Source: an uncultured Gammaproteobacteria bacterium
Lineage (GTDB): Bacteria; Pseudomonadota; Gammaproteobacteria; Natronospirales; JAIVGZ01
Direction of reading: 5' to 3'
Length of the DNA: 64,000 nt
Assembly (NCBI GenBank): GCA_964552205.1
Contig: CAZKFT010000001.1
Coordinates: 50,705 to 114,704, forward strand
Below are positions 1 to 10,418 of the stretch, one piece after another. The stretch's first letter is position 1. The number at the start of each line of letters is the position of its first letter. The notes beneath the pieces were generated by a model. It saw only the letters and a program-made list of their open reading frames with translations, searched no databases and was not told the DNA's origin. A program made the translations under genes and the position numbers.

Positions 1-2
1 TG

Positions 3-896
3 ATGTATGGCTCGTACCGGGGCCCTCGTGAACTGCTCTGGTTGATCGGCATGCTGATTTATCTGGTCTTGATGGGTGAGGCCTTCATGGGCTACATGCT
101 GCCCTGGGGCCAGATGTCCTATTGGGGCGCACAGGTCATCATTTCGCTGTTCGGGACTGTGCCCTTCATCGGGCCCGAGTTGGCCGAGTGGATCAGGGGT
201 GACTACTTCATCTCTGACGCGACCTTGAACCGCTTCTTCGCCCTCCATGTCATTGCTCTTCCATTGGTGCTGTGTGGCCTGGTGGTCGCGCATATCCAGG
301 CGCTGCATGAGGTGGGGTCGAACAACCCGGACGGTATCGAAATCAAGAAGCTCAAGGGGCCGGATGGTCACCCGGTGGATGGTGTCCCGTTCCATCCGTA
401 CATGACCGTCAAGGACTTGGTGGGGGCGACGGTGTTCCTCATCTTCTTCGCCATTATCGTGTTCTTCATGCCGGAATTCGGTGGCTTGTTCCTGGAGCCA
501 GCGAACTTCATCCCGGCTGACCCCTTGGTGACCCCGGAGCACATCGCGCCGGTGTGGTATTTCACTCCGTTCTACTCGATCCTCCGCGCGATTCCACACC
601 CGTTCCTGGGGGTGGTGGCAATGGGCGCGGCGGTCATGATCATGTGCTTCCTGCCATGGTTGGATCGTAGTCCGGTGAAGTCCATCCGTTACAAGGGTCC
701 GATCACCAAGATTGCACTCGCGCTATTCGTGGTGTCGTTCATCGGTCTCGGGGTGCTGGGCCTCCTGCCGGTGACAGAGCTGTACACGATCCTCGCCCGG
801 GTACTGACGGTGATTTACTTCGCGTTCTTCCTGTTGATGCCCTGGTATTCCGCCATCGACAAGACCAAGCCGGTTCCGGAAAGGGTGACGCACTGA
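3..896 (+). CDS. petB: cytochrome b subunit of the cytochrome bc1 complex (5' end cut by window edge)
   Basis: The ORF is open to the window start. The translation (GYMLPWGQMSYWGAQVI, APVWYFTPFYSILR) matches conserved cytochrome b helices. It is followed by cytochrome c1 with a TGATG stop/start overlap. Confidence 0.9.
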   Translation: MYGSYRGPRELLWLIGMLIYLVLMGEAFMGYMLPWGQMSYWGAQVIISLFGTVPFIGPELAEWIRGDYFISDATLNRFFALHVIALPLVLCGLVVAHIQALHEVGSNNPDGIEIKKLKGPDGHPVDGVPFHPYMTVKDLVGATVFLIFFAIIVFFMPEFGGLFLEPANFIPADPLVTPEHIAPVWYFTPFYSILRAIPHPFLGVVAMGAAVMIMCFLPWLDRSPVKSIRYKGPITKIALALFVVSFIGLGVLGLLPVTELYTILARVLTVIYFAFFLLMPWYSAIDKTKPVPERVTH

Positions 897-1636
897 TGAG
901 AAAGCTGCTCGCAATTCTCCTGGCCACGATGCCTCTGACGCTGCTCGCTGCGGCCAAACCTGCCATTGAGTTGGAACCGGCGAATATTGACATCACCAAC
1001 AAGCCGTCCCTGCAACGTGGGGCAGCGCTGTTCGTGAACAACTGCATGGGTTGTCATTCCTTGCAGTACATGCGCTGGGATCGTGTTGGCAACGACATCG
1101 GGCTGTCGGTTGAACTGGTCCAGCGCTATCTGCAGGTGACGGGCGAAAGGCCGGGCGAGTTGATGGAAATCGCCATGCCCCCGCATGATGCTGCAGAGTG
1201 GTTCGGCATCGCTCCGCCTGACTTGTCGCTGGTGACCCGCAGCCGCAGCGGTCTGGGCTTTGGTGCCATCAAGGGTACAGACTGGGTTTACAACTTTTTG
1301 CTCACTTTCTACGTTGATGAGTCCCGCCCCATGGGCGTGAACAATCTTGTGTTCCCGGATGTCGGCATGCCGCACGCGCTTTGGCACCTGCAGGGCATGC
1401 AGCGCGCCGTGTTTGACGACGACGATTTTGTCCGCTTCGAGCAGATCAGCGAAGGAAGCATGACGCCCGATGAATATCGGCGGGCGGCACGTGATCTCAC
1501 CACGTTCCTGGCTTACATCGCTGACCCGATGAAGGCTGAGCGCGAGGCTTTGGGCGTTAAGGTCATTGCCTTCCTGTTGTTTTTCCTGGTACTCGCGTAC
1601 CTCCTCAAGCGCGAGTATTGGAAAGACGTGAGCTGA
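896..1636 (+). CDS. petC: cytochrome c1
   Basis: It has an N-terminal signal peptide, a CMGCH heme-binding motif (CXXCH) and a C-terminal hydrophobic anchor (VIAFLLFFLVLAYLL). It lies directly downstream of cytochrome b. Confidence 0.85.
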   Translation: MRKLLAILLATMPLTLLAAAKPAIELEPANIDITNKPSLQRGAALFVNNCMGCHSLQYMRWDRVGNDIGLSVELVQRYLQVTGERPGELMEIAMPPHDAAEWFGIAPPDLSLVTRSRSGLGFGAIKGTDWVYNFLLTFYVDESRPMGVNNLVFPDVGMPHALWHLQGMQRAVFDDDDFVRFEQISEGSMTPDEYRRAARDLTTFLAYIADPMKAEREALGVKVIAFLLFFLVLAYLLKREYWKDVS

Positions 1637-1684
1637 TTGCGCGTGGCGAGAAAGCCCAAGAGCTCCGAGGTCGCCCTGCTGGCA

Positions 1685-2314
1685 ATGGAGCTTGCGGCCA
1701 ACCGTCGCTCCACGCTGACTTTGTTCACACGGTCACTCTGTGCACGCAGCCATCGCGTGCGCATGGTGCTGTCCGAAAAGAACATCCAGTGCGACCTGGT
1801 CTTGGCCGATGGCGATGAGCTGCCCGAAGACCTGCCGGAACTGAACCCGTACGGCACGGTTCCTACCCTCGTTGACCGGGGGCTCGTCCTGTATGAGCCG
1901 CGCATCATCATGGAGTACCTTGATGAGCGCTTTCCGCACCCGCCGCTGATGGCAGTGGATCCCGTTGCCCGCGCGCACGCACGACTCGCCATCTGTCGCA
2001 TCGAGCAGGATTGGTACTCGCTGCTCGATCATCTGGAAGGCCGCACCCAGAAAGACGCAGAGAAAGCGCGGAAAAGACTGCGCGAGAGCCTCATCGCATC
2101 CAGCGACCTGTTTGCTGCAAAGCCATTTTTCCTGAGTGATGAATTCTCCCTCGTCGACTGCGCGGTTGCTCCGATTCTTTATCGTCTGGAGCGTTGGGGG
2201 ATTGAACTGCCCGCCGTCTCCGGAAAATCCATTCACCGCTATTGCGAGCGAATATTCAAACGCGACGCCTTCCGTGCCAGCCTGACGGAGCTGGAACGCG
2301 AAATGCGCCAGTAG
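1685..2314 (+). CDS. sspA: stringent starvation protein A (GST-like)
   Basis: The sequence aligns by eye to E. coli SspA (LNPYGTVPTLVDRGLVLYEPRIIMEYLDERFPHPPLM). I chose the ATG at 1685 over the TTG at 1637 because it gives the typical ~210-aa length. sspB follows. Confidence 0.85.
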   Translation: MELAANRRSTLTLFTRSLCARSHRVRMVLSEKNIQCDLVLADGDELPEDLPELNPYGTVPTLVDRGLVLYEPRIIMEYLDERFPHPPLMAVDPVARAHARLAICRIEQDWYSLLDHLEGRTQKDAEKARKRLRESLIASSDLFAAKPFFLSDEFSLVDCAVAPILYRLERWGIELPAVSGKSIHRYCERIFKRDAFRASLTELEREMRQ

Positions 2315-2315
2315 G

Positions 2316-2738
2316 ATGAATTCCCAGCGCCCTTACCTTGTTCGCGCGATTCATGAGTGGATCTGCGACAACAACGAAACCCCGCTCATCCTTGTCGATG
2401 TGACTCACACTGGTGTGAAAGTACCGGACGCATTCGTGCAGGACGGGCGTATTGTGCTCAATGTCTCTCCCTCTGCAACGGACGCGCTGCAACTGGGAAA
2501 CGAACTCATTGCATTCTCAGCGCGGTTCAACGGTGTGTCGGAGTTGGTGTCGGTGCCGGTCAGCTCGGTGCTTGCGGTGTATTCGAGAGAGAGCCAGCAC
2601 GGGATGCTGTTTGCCGCGGGTGAGGAAGGCGAGATCGCATCGTCAGGCCTGGATGATGATGACGACACCGATCCAGATGGGCCACCAGGCGGCGAGCCGC
2701 CGCCGCGCAAGCGTTCGCACCTGCGAATCGTCAAATAA
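2316..2738 (+). CDS. sspB: ClpXP adaptor SspB
   Basis: It has the N-terminal RPYLVRAIHEWICDN motif, an acidic linker and a C-terminal LRIVK ClpX-binding tail as in E. coli SspB (LRVVK). Confidence 0.85.
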   Translation: MNSQRPYLVRAIHEWICDNNETPLILVDVTHTGVKVPDAFVQDGRIVLNVSPSATDALQLGNELIAFSARFNGVSELVSVPVSSVLAVYSRESQHGMLFAAGEEGEIASSGLDDDDDTDPDGPPGGEPPPRKRSHLRIVK

Positions 2739-3060
2739 TCAGAACTCGCCGTGTTCGATGATGCGACCACCCTCGTGGGGGAGGTCCAGAGATTGAACGC
2801 GGTCTCCCAACATCACAATTGCCCCGGTGTCACGGACGACGCCATCGCGCGTGAACTCGAAGCGATAGCGTCTCTGGATGCGTACACGGCCATCCTGGCA
2901 CCGTTTCAAGGTCAATCCATCCAACGCGACCGTTCCATCCAGCAACTGCAAGCCGTGTGCCTCGCAGGAGCGGCGACAGGTGACCATGGCGTGTTCTCGC
3001 GCCCGGAGCGAGTCCACCCACAGCCAGACGATGGCTCCCAAGAGCGCTAGCCAGGCGAGT

Positions 3061-3068
<8 letters not shown>
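2739..3068 (-). CDS. small membrane protein, DUF3301-like
   Basis: It has an N-terminal TM helix (LAWLALLGAIVWLWV) followed by a conserved-looking soluble domain. The ATG at 3068 overlaps the upstream gene's stop by 8 nt (ATGAGTGA). The family call is from memory only. Confidence 0.5.
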
Positions 3069-5029
<1,961 letters not shown>

Positions 5030-5401
5030 TCAGAGGCGGAGCCGGAGTGCGTTTCGCCACCACTGGATCTCCGGAAACCGGGAACCGCCAGAGACCGTCA
5101 CCACATCACCCCGAACGGGCAAGGAGTCACCCAGCCCGCTGTCGGCGAGATACTCGCGGACAGTGTTGGTGATGCGTCGGCACTTGCGCTCATCCACCGA
5201 TGTGCGAATTTCCGCGTGTGGCCGACCGGGGCGTGCCCGGACCTCGATGATGACCAGTATTGGCCCATCCCGCATGATGAGATCGAGTTCGCCGCGCCGC
5301 CCCCGCCAGTTGCGGGCAACAAGTGACAGGCCTCGGTGCTCGAGCCAGTCCTGCACCCGTCGCTCGGCAGCCTGCCCAAGCGCGTGGCGCGGATCCGTCA
5401 T
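5030..5401 (-). CDS. yraN: YraN family (UPF0102) endonuclease-like protein
   Basis: The ~124-aa product has the GELDLI...EVR... pattern of the YraN family. The ATG at 5401 overlaps the lpoA stop (ATGA). Synteny supports the call. Confidence 0.7.
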   Translation of the reverse strand: MTDPRHALGQAAERRVQDWLEHRGLSLVARNWRGRRGELDLIMRDGPILVIIEVRARPGRPHAEIRTSVDERKCRRITNTVREYLADSGLGDSLPVRGDVVTVSGGSRFPEIQWWRNALRLRL

Positions 5402-7269
5402 CAGCGCAAGGGGCGTGCCGTCCCGTTCACGAAATGCGCCCAACTGAGTACGCGGTGAATCCTGCGCTGATGGTCGATGTGCAGGGACCCGGTTGCCGCA
5501 GGAACGGGTTCACTGAGCAAGGCCGGGTCGTGGCGCAACACGGGCGCAAGGCGGTAAGCGTCAAAGCCCAGAGCATACAGCCGGGTATTGCGTTCCATCG
5601 CCCCGCCGTAGTGGGCCGTCAATTCCCTCTGGCTGGCGGCGACCGTTGCATCTGGAGCGATTGTCCACGGCATGTCTGTGAAGGCGACGCCATTCATGTC
5701 CGCATCCTGTGCACGGTTGGGGACGCCCGCATACACATGGGACGACGCGTACACCGGCAGGTCGGAGGCGTGATGGAATCGCAACTGCGGCCGCAGCGCG
5801 CGCCCCTGTTGCGGATTGCCGATGAGGAAGATGAATTTGGCATCGCGTCGTCTGCGCGGCTCCCATTGAAGATTGAGGTTGAGGACGCTGCGAAGCACTT
5901 GCTGGCGCGCTCGGCTCTCATCAATGGTCAGGCTGCGAATGATGGGCGCGCTGTGGTCCTGTTGTTGGGGGTTGTATAGCTCTGCCGCCACCAGGGTGCC
6001 CCCCAGTTCTTCGTATCGCTCACGGAACGCCTGCAACATGCGTAGGCCCAGTTCGTTGTCCGGAACCAGTGCGATGCCCATATCGAGGCCCTGCAGTGCG
6101 GCTCGCTCGGCGATCTGGTAAGCCTCTTCTTCCGGTACCAAGCCGAACTGGAACAGGTTGTCTGGCCCGGCCTCGTCAAGATCCAGTGTGTTCAAGGCCA
6201 GTACAGGGACCTCCAACTGACCGAGGCGGGCAAGTGCCGCTACGGCATCCTTCTGCAAAGGACCGATGATGAAATCCACCCCATCGTTCACGGCTTCGCG
6301 GTAGCGCAACACGGCAATCTCCGCATCACCTTCAGTATCGTAGATGCGCAAGCGCGGCCTGCGCCCGGTGTCTGATCCTTGAAAATGCGCCGCAATGAGT
6401 CCGTCTCTGACCGCCGCCGCTGCTGCCGCAAAACGCCCACTCAAAGGCAGGATGAGCCCGATTTCCTGTACACCCGTGGCTACGCGCCTTTGCTCCGCCA
6501 CCAACTGCGGAACGAAGCGGTCCCATGCCGGATGTCCAGGGTGTTCACGACGCCATGCTTGCAGCGCGGAATCGAATCGAGCCGGATCCTGCCACGCGAG
6601 CTTGCGCACATCGGCGAGTTCGAACCAACCGCGCAAGATGGGTTCGTCGTCATACTGGATGGACGCCGGATCCACTCTGCGAATGGCGCTCCAAATGCGT
6701 TGTTGATTGTCTTCGCGATCGCGCGAGGAAGTCAGAGTCGCTTCACGCGCAACCAGATCCTGGACCGCCAGGTCGTAGTATCCGAGTTCGCTGTAGGCGC
6801 GAGCGCGGACATCCAGCGCGCGACCGGCAAGCGCTTGCGGAAGTCCCGCTGGAGACCGAGGCAGTAGTGCGATGGCATCATCCGGCCGCATGTCCAAAAG
6901 CGCGAGCTCCGCCAACGCGATGAGGAGTCGAACTCGGTCGAACGGGTCAAGCTGATTCTCGTCGACTCTGACCAATTGTCGGCGTGCGCTCTCGGCATCC
7001 TCCAGTTGCAACCACAACTCCGCCGATTCCAGGCGCAACGCGTTCGCCAGGGCGCTGCCACTCCGGTCAGCACTCCGACCGTAAAGCGAAGCGGCTTCCT
7101 GGGTCCGACCTTGTTCTGCCAAACGCGCCGCTGCCTCCGCCTCGGACTCCGGCGTGGACGTCGGTCGGGGCTGGGGTCCGGGACAGCCGCTCAAAGCAAC
7201 CGACACTGTTGCAATGAGCAGAGCCAAGCGAATTGTTCGGGCTTGCATAGGCATGGGCGAAACCACCAA
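5401..7269 (-). CDS. lpoA: penicillin-binding protein activator LpoA-like lipoprotein
   Basis: It has a lipobox (ALSGC), a TPR-like N-terminal half and a periplasmic-binding-protein-like C-terminal half. It sits divergent from rsmI and upstream of yraN as in E. coli. The true start may be an internal Met a few codons in (about 7248-7254). Confidence 0.7.
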   Translation of the reverse strand: MVVSPMPMQARTIRLALLIATVSVALSGCPGPQPRPTSTPESEAEAAARLAEQGRTQEAASLYGRSADRSGSALANALRLESAELWLQLEDAESARRQLVRVDENQLDPFDRVRLLIALAELALLDMRPDDAIALLPRSPAGLPQALAGRALDVRARAYSELGYYDLAVQDLVAREATLTSSRDREDNQQRIWSAIRRVDPASIQYDDEPILRGWFELADVRKLAWQDPARFDSALQAWRREHPGHPAWDRFVPQLVAEQRRVATGVQEIGLILPLSGRFAAAAAAVRDGLIAAHFQGSDTGRRPRLRIYDTEGDAEIAVLRYREAVNDGVDFIIGPLQKDAVAALARLGQLEVPVLALNTLDLDEAGPDNLFQFGLVPEEEAYQIAERAALQGLDMGIALVPDNELGLRMLQAFRERYEELGGTLVAAELYNPQQQDHSAPIIRSLTIDESRARQQVLRSVLNLNLQWEPRRRRDAKFIFLIGNPQQGRALRPQLRFHHASDLPVYASSHVYAGVPNRAQDADMNGVAFTDMPWTIAPDATVAASQRELTAHYGGAMERNTRLYALGFDAYRLAPVLRHDPALLSEPVPAATGSLHIDHQRRIHRVLSWAHFVNGTARPLR

Positions 7270-7293
7270 GATGGAATCCCAGTATCTGGGTGG

Positions 7294-8151
7294 GTGAACA
7301 GGGTGTCAATCGAACGCGGAACGCTGTACATAGTGGCTACGCCCATAGGCAATCGGGCTGACATTAGCGAGCGCGCACGGGCTGTGCTGTCCGAAGCGAC
7401 ACTGGTGCTCGCGGAAGATACGCGCAGAACCCGTCCCCTGTTGCGCGAGCTTGGTATAAAAACACCCGTAACCGCGCTGCACGACCACAACGAGCGCTCC
7501 CGCGTGGAAGCCCTGCTGGAGCGCCTGGGGGACGGCGAAACACTCGCGCTGGTGAGTGATGCGGGGACGCCCTTGATCAGTGACCCGGGCTTTCTGTTGG
7601 TCCGCGCGGCGCGGGATCGGGGAATGCCTGTCCGACCGATACCTGGCCCCTGCGCGGCCATTGCCGCCCTGTCTGTCGCCGGGATACCCGCAGACCGATT
7701 TGCCTTCGAAGGTTTCCTGCCGTCGAAACCAGCAGCGCGGAGAAAGGAGTTGGTCGCGCTGCAACACGAGACGCGCACGCTGGTGTTCTATGAAGCCGTG
7801 CATCGCATCAGGGAAACACTCGATGATCTCGCGGACATCTTCGGCCCGGATCGCCGAGCGAGCGTTGCGCGTGAGCTCACCAAACTGCATGAAACAGTGC
7901 GCGATGGCACCTTGGGAGAGCTCGCGGCGTGGGCCCGTCAGGATGAGGATGTATTGCGCGGTGAGATCGTGTTGGTGGTGGAGGGCGGTGTTGCCGCCAC
8001 TGCTACCGCAGTGAATGCGCGCACGCTGGTCACCGAACTCGCCAACGAGTTACCTGCAGGAAAAGCGGCTGCAATTGCAGCCAAACTCACCGGTGAGTCG
8101 CGTAAACAGCTTTACCAATGGCTCATCGACCACGGCGAGCGGAAGGAGTAG
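7294..8151 (+). CDS. rsmI: 16S rRNA (cytidine1402-2'-O)-methyltransferase
   Basis: It carries the LYIVATPIGN motif and tetrapyrrole-methylase-fold motifs (DTRRT, SDAGTPLISDPG). The start is uncertain: GTG at 7294 or GTG at 7303. The long upstream ORF extension is antisense to lpoA. Confidence 0.8.
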   Translation: MNRVSIERGTLYIVATPIGNRADISERARAVLSEATLVLAEDTRRTRPLLRELGIKTPVTALHDHNERSRVEALLERLGDGETLALVSDAGTPLISDPGFLLVRAARDRGMPVRPIPGPCAAIAALSVAGIPADRFAFEGFLPSKPAARRKELVALQHETRTLVFYEAVHRIRETLDDLADIFGPDRRASVARELTKLHETVRDGTLGELAAWARQDEDVLRGEIVLVVEGGVAATATAVNARTLVTELANELPAGKAAAIAAKLTGESRKQLYQWLIDHGERKE

Positions 8152-8511
8152 GAGCCAGCCGATAAGCCGGGTTCTGTCGGGGACAGTCATTCATCTGGGA
8201 CGCACGTCACCGTGCGCCTCTAGCGACCTACCCGGAAGCCGTGCGGGCCACACGTTGCAGCGCGACGGATCGCGCGCATGCTTCCCTATTTGGTCTTGCT
8301 CCGAGTGGGGTTTTCCGTGCCGCGAACCGTTACCGGACGCGCGGTGCGCTCTTACCGCACCTTTTCACCCTTACCGGCGCCGAAGCGCTTAGGCGGTATG
8401 TTTTCTGTGGCACTTTCCGTCGGCTCGCGCCGCCCAGGCGTTACCTGGCACCCTGCCCTGCGGAGCCCGGACTTTCCTCTGCGTTGCCGCAGCGACTGTC
8501 TGGCTGACTCC
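8151..8511 (-). ncRNA. rnpB: RNase P RNA (bacterial type A)
   Basis: The reverse complement reads GGAGTCAGCCAGACAGTCGC...GAGGAAAGTCCGGGCTCC...GGGTGCCAGGTAACGCCTGG...ACAGAACCCGGCTTATCGGCTGGCTCC. These are the universally conserved RNase P RNA blocks, and the 5' and 3' ends pair to form P1. Confidence 0.85.
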
Positions 8512-8518
8512 AGCGCGC

Positions 8519-8524
8519 ATTGTA
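8519..8524 (-). promoter_or_regulatory. putative -10 element (TACAAT) for rnpB
   Basis: On the minus strand, TACAAT lies 7 nt upstream of the inferred mature 5' end GGAGTC. I found no convincing -35 element. Confidence 0.35.
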
Positions 8525-8677
8525 CGCGCCGAAGGGTAGCGCCACGGATAAACCTAATCCGGTGGATTAGGAAGCCATTCCAAGGCCATGATTTCATTGA
8601 CCCACTTTGACCCCCATCCCACCTCCAAAAGCGCTCGTAAGTCCCTGTTCGCGCTTAAAAAAATACTCAGAATGTCC

Positions 8678-8707
8678 TTGACGGACGGCTTCTGACGCAC
8701 CTATAGT
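8678..8707 (+). promoter_or_regulatory. putative sigma70 promoter of the dcw cluster (Pmra-like)
   Basis: TTGACG (8678-8683) is followed by an 18-nt spacer and TATAGT (8702-8707), about 55 nt upstream of the mraZ start. Confidence 0.5.
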
Positions 8708-8712
8708 GTCCG

Positions 8713-8741
8713 TGGGTGGGAAAAAGTGGTGATTAATGGGC
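8713..8741 (+). promoter_or_regulatory. MraZ operator-like TGGG direct repeats
   Basis: TGGGA (8717), TGGTG (8727) and TGGGC (8737) have exact 10-bp phasing, and an extra TGGG sits at 8713. This is the same architecture as the E. coli MraZ binding site (TGGGN repeats with 5-nt spacers). Confidence 0.55.
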
Positions 8742-8763
8742 AATCCTCACCCCGGGGGACGTC

Positions 8764-9216
8764 TTGTTTAGAGGAATCAACAGCATAACGCTGGACGCGA
8801 AGGGCAGAGTGGCTATCCCGGTCCGTTTTCGTGAGCGTTTGCAGGCGGAAGCCGACGGCCAGGTCGTGGTCACGGTGGATAGCGCGCGCTGCTTGTTCCT
8901 CTATCCATTGCCGGAGTGGGAGCTGGTCGAGCGCAAGCTCGTGCAGTTGCCATCGCTGAATCCCCACACCCGTCGCCTTCAGGGCTTGTTGATGGGTCAC
9001 GCCACCGATCTTGAGCTAGACAGCCACGGACGCATCCTGTTGCCGCCACCCCTTCGGGAGTTCGCGCAACTCGAGCGTCATGTCGTGCTGATTGGCCAGG
9101 GCAACAAATTCGAATTGTGGGATGAAACGCGTTGGAACGAACGTCGCGAGGGGTGGCTTGAGGATAGTGCGGATGACACGCCGCTTCCTGCCGAACTCGA
9201 GACGATTTCGTTGTGA
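8764..9216 (+). CDS. mraZ: division/cell wall cluster transcriptional regulator MraZ
   Basis: The product starts (M)FRGINSITLDAKGRVAIP like E. coli MraZ. It has a TTG start with a GGGGGA Shine-Dalgarno upstream, and two SpoVT/AbrB-like halves. Confidence 0.9.
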   Translation: MFRGINSITLDAKGRVAIPVRFRERLQAEADGQVVVTVDSARCLFLYPLPEWELVERKLVQLPSLNPHTRRLQGLLMGHATDLELDSHGRILLPPPLREFAQLERHVVLIGQGNKFELWDETRWNERREGWLEDSADDTPLPAELETISL

Positions 9217-9228
9217 GGCTGGAAGCCA

Positions 9229-10152
9229 ATGCAAGAGCACCTGCCGGTACTGCTCGCGGAGGTGCTGGAGCAATTGCAGGTACGCCCTGGCGGTGTGTAT
9301 GTGGATGGGACATTCGGCCGGGGAGGGCACGCGCGCGAGGTGCTTGCGCGGATTGGGCCCGGCGGGCGATTGGTGGCGTTCGACCGCGACCCCGATGCGG
9401 TCAGCGTGGCGACGCGGGAATTCGGCAGCGATGGGCGATTCATGATTGAGCGCGCAGCGTTTACCAATCTGGAGCGAAAGGCCGCGGAATGGGGTCTGAC
9501 TGGCACAGTCGACGGCATCCTGGTCGATCTGGGCGTGTCGTCCCCACAGCTTGACGATGCAGAGCGTGGTTTCAGCTTTCTCGCGGATGGTCCGCTGGAT
9601 ATGCGCATGGACCCGGACAGTGGCGTTTCCGCCGCGGAGTGGTTGCAACACACCCCCGAATCGGAACTTCTGCGGGTTCTGCGCGAGTATGGCGAGGAGC
9701 GTTTCGCGCGCCGCATCGTACGCGCCATCGTGGCGCGCCGGGCTACAAGCCCGATGACCCGGACAAGTGAACTCGCAGAGTTGGTAGCAAGCGCAGTTCC
9801 CTCCCGCGAACCCGGAAAGCACCCGGCCACCCGGACCTTCCAAGCTGTGCGCATCGCGGTCAACGGCGAACTCGATGAGCTTGAGGCGTTCTTGCCGCAG
9901 TGCGCGCGTGTGCTCAAGCCAGGCGGGCGTCTGTGTGTCATCTCCTTCCACTCGTTGGAAGACCGCATGGTCAAGCGCTTCCTTCGCGGGCCATCCGAAC
10001 CGACAGACGGGCCGCGTGGCTTACCCCGAATCGTGGCTGATGGCCCGCGCATGCGGCCACTCGGGCGCGCCATTCGCGCTGGGCGCGATGAGCTCTCCAG
10101 TAACCCGCGTGCACGCAGTGCGGTGCTGCGCACCGGGGAGCGGATCGTATGA
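9229..10152 (+). CDS. rsmH: 16S rRNA (cytosine1402-N4)-methyltransferase
   Basis: It has an HLPVLL start, the GTFGRGGH SAM motif and DLGVSSPQLD. It holds the canonical position after mraZ. Confidence 0.9.
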   Translation: MQEHLPVLLAEVLEQLQVRPGGVYVDGTFGRGGHAREVLARIGPGGRLVAFDRDPDAVSVATREFGSDGRFMIERAAFTNLERKAAEWGLTGTVDGILVDLGVSSPQLDDAERGFSFLADGPLDMRMDPDSGVSAAEWLQHTPESELLRVLREYGEERFARRIVRAIVARRATSPMTRTSELAELVASAVPSREPGKHPATRTFQAVRIAVNGELDELEAFLPQCARVLKPGGRLCVISFHSLEDRMVKRFLRGPSEPTDGPRGLPRIVADGPRMRPLGRAIRAGRDELSSNPRARSAVLRTGERIV

Positions 10153-10418
10153 AGCTCGCCAACCTCATCTTCGCCACAGTTGCAGGCCTGCTTTTCGTCT
10201 CAGCTATTGCACAGGTGTACGTCGTGCACCTCAATCGGACTTCCTTCACGCAACTGCAGCAGATGCAAGCGCAGCGCGACGAAATGAATCTCGAATGGGG
10301 TCGTCTGCAGATTGAGCAGGCCGCTTGGTCAACACATTCCCGCATCGAGCAGGTGGCCAGCCAGCAATTGCAGATGAAGATGCCGTCACCGTCAACTGTG
10401 GTCATCGTGCGCCGATGA
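10149..10418 (+). CDS. ftsL: cell division protein FtsL
   Basis: The 89-aa bitopic protein has one TM helix followed by a coiled-coil-like region. It lies between rsmH and ftsI with ATGA overlaps at both ends. Confidence 0.75.
   Translation: MKLANLIFATVAGLLFVSAIAQVYVVHLNRTSFTQLQQMQAQRDEMNLEWGRLQIEQAAWSTHSRIEQVASQQLQMKMPSPSTVVIVRR

Noticed and set aside
1637-1684. TTG start giving a 225-aa SspA
   Set aside because: It directly abuts the petC stop and adds 16 non-conserved residues. The ATG at 1685 gives E. coli-like length and N-terminus.
8556-8574. Hairpin cctaatcc-ggtg-gattagg upstream of rnpB as a regulatory element
   Set aside because: It is a short 7-bp AT-containing stem with no T-tract and no recognisable motif. 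It cannot be distinguished from chance.
8241-8610. ORFs 8241-8507, 8278-8610 and 8352-8597 as protein-coding genes
   Set aside because: They lie over the RNase P RNA gene and its promoter. The region is fully explained by rnpB.
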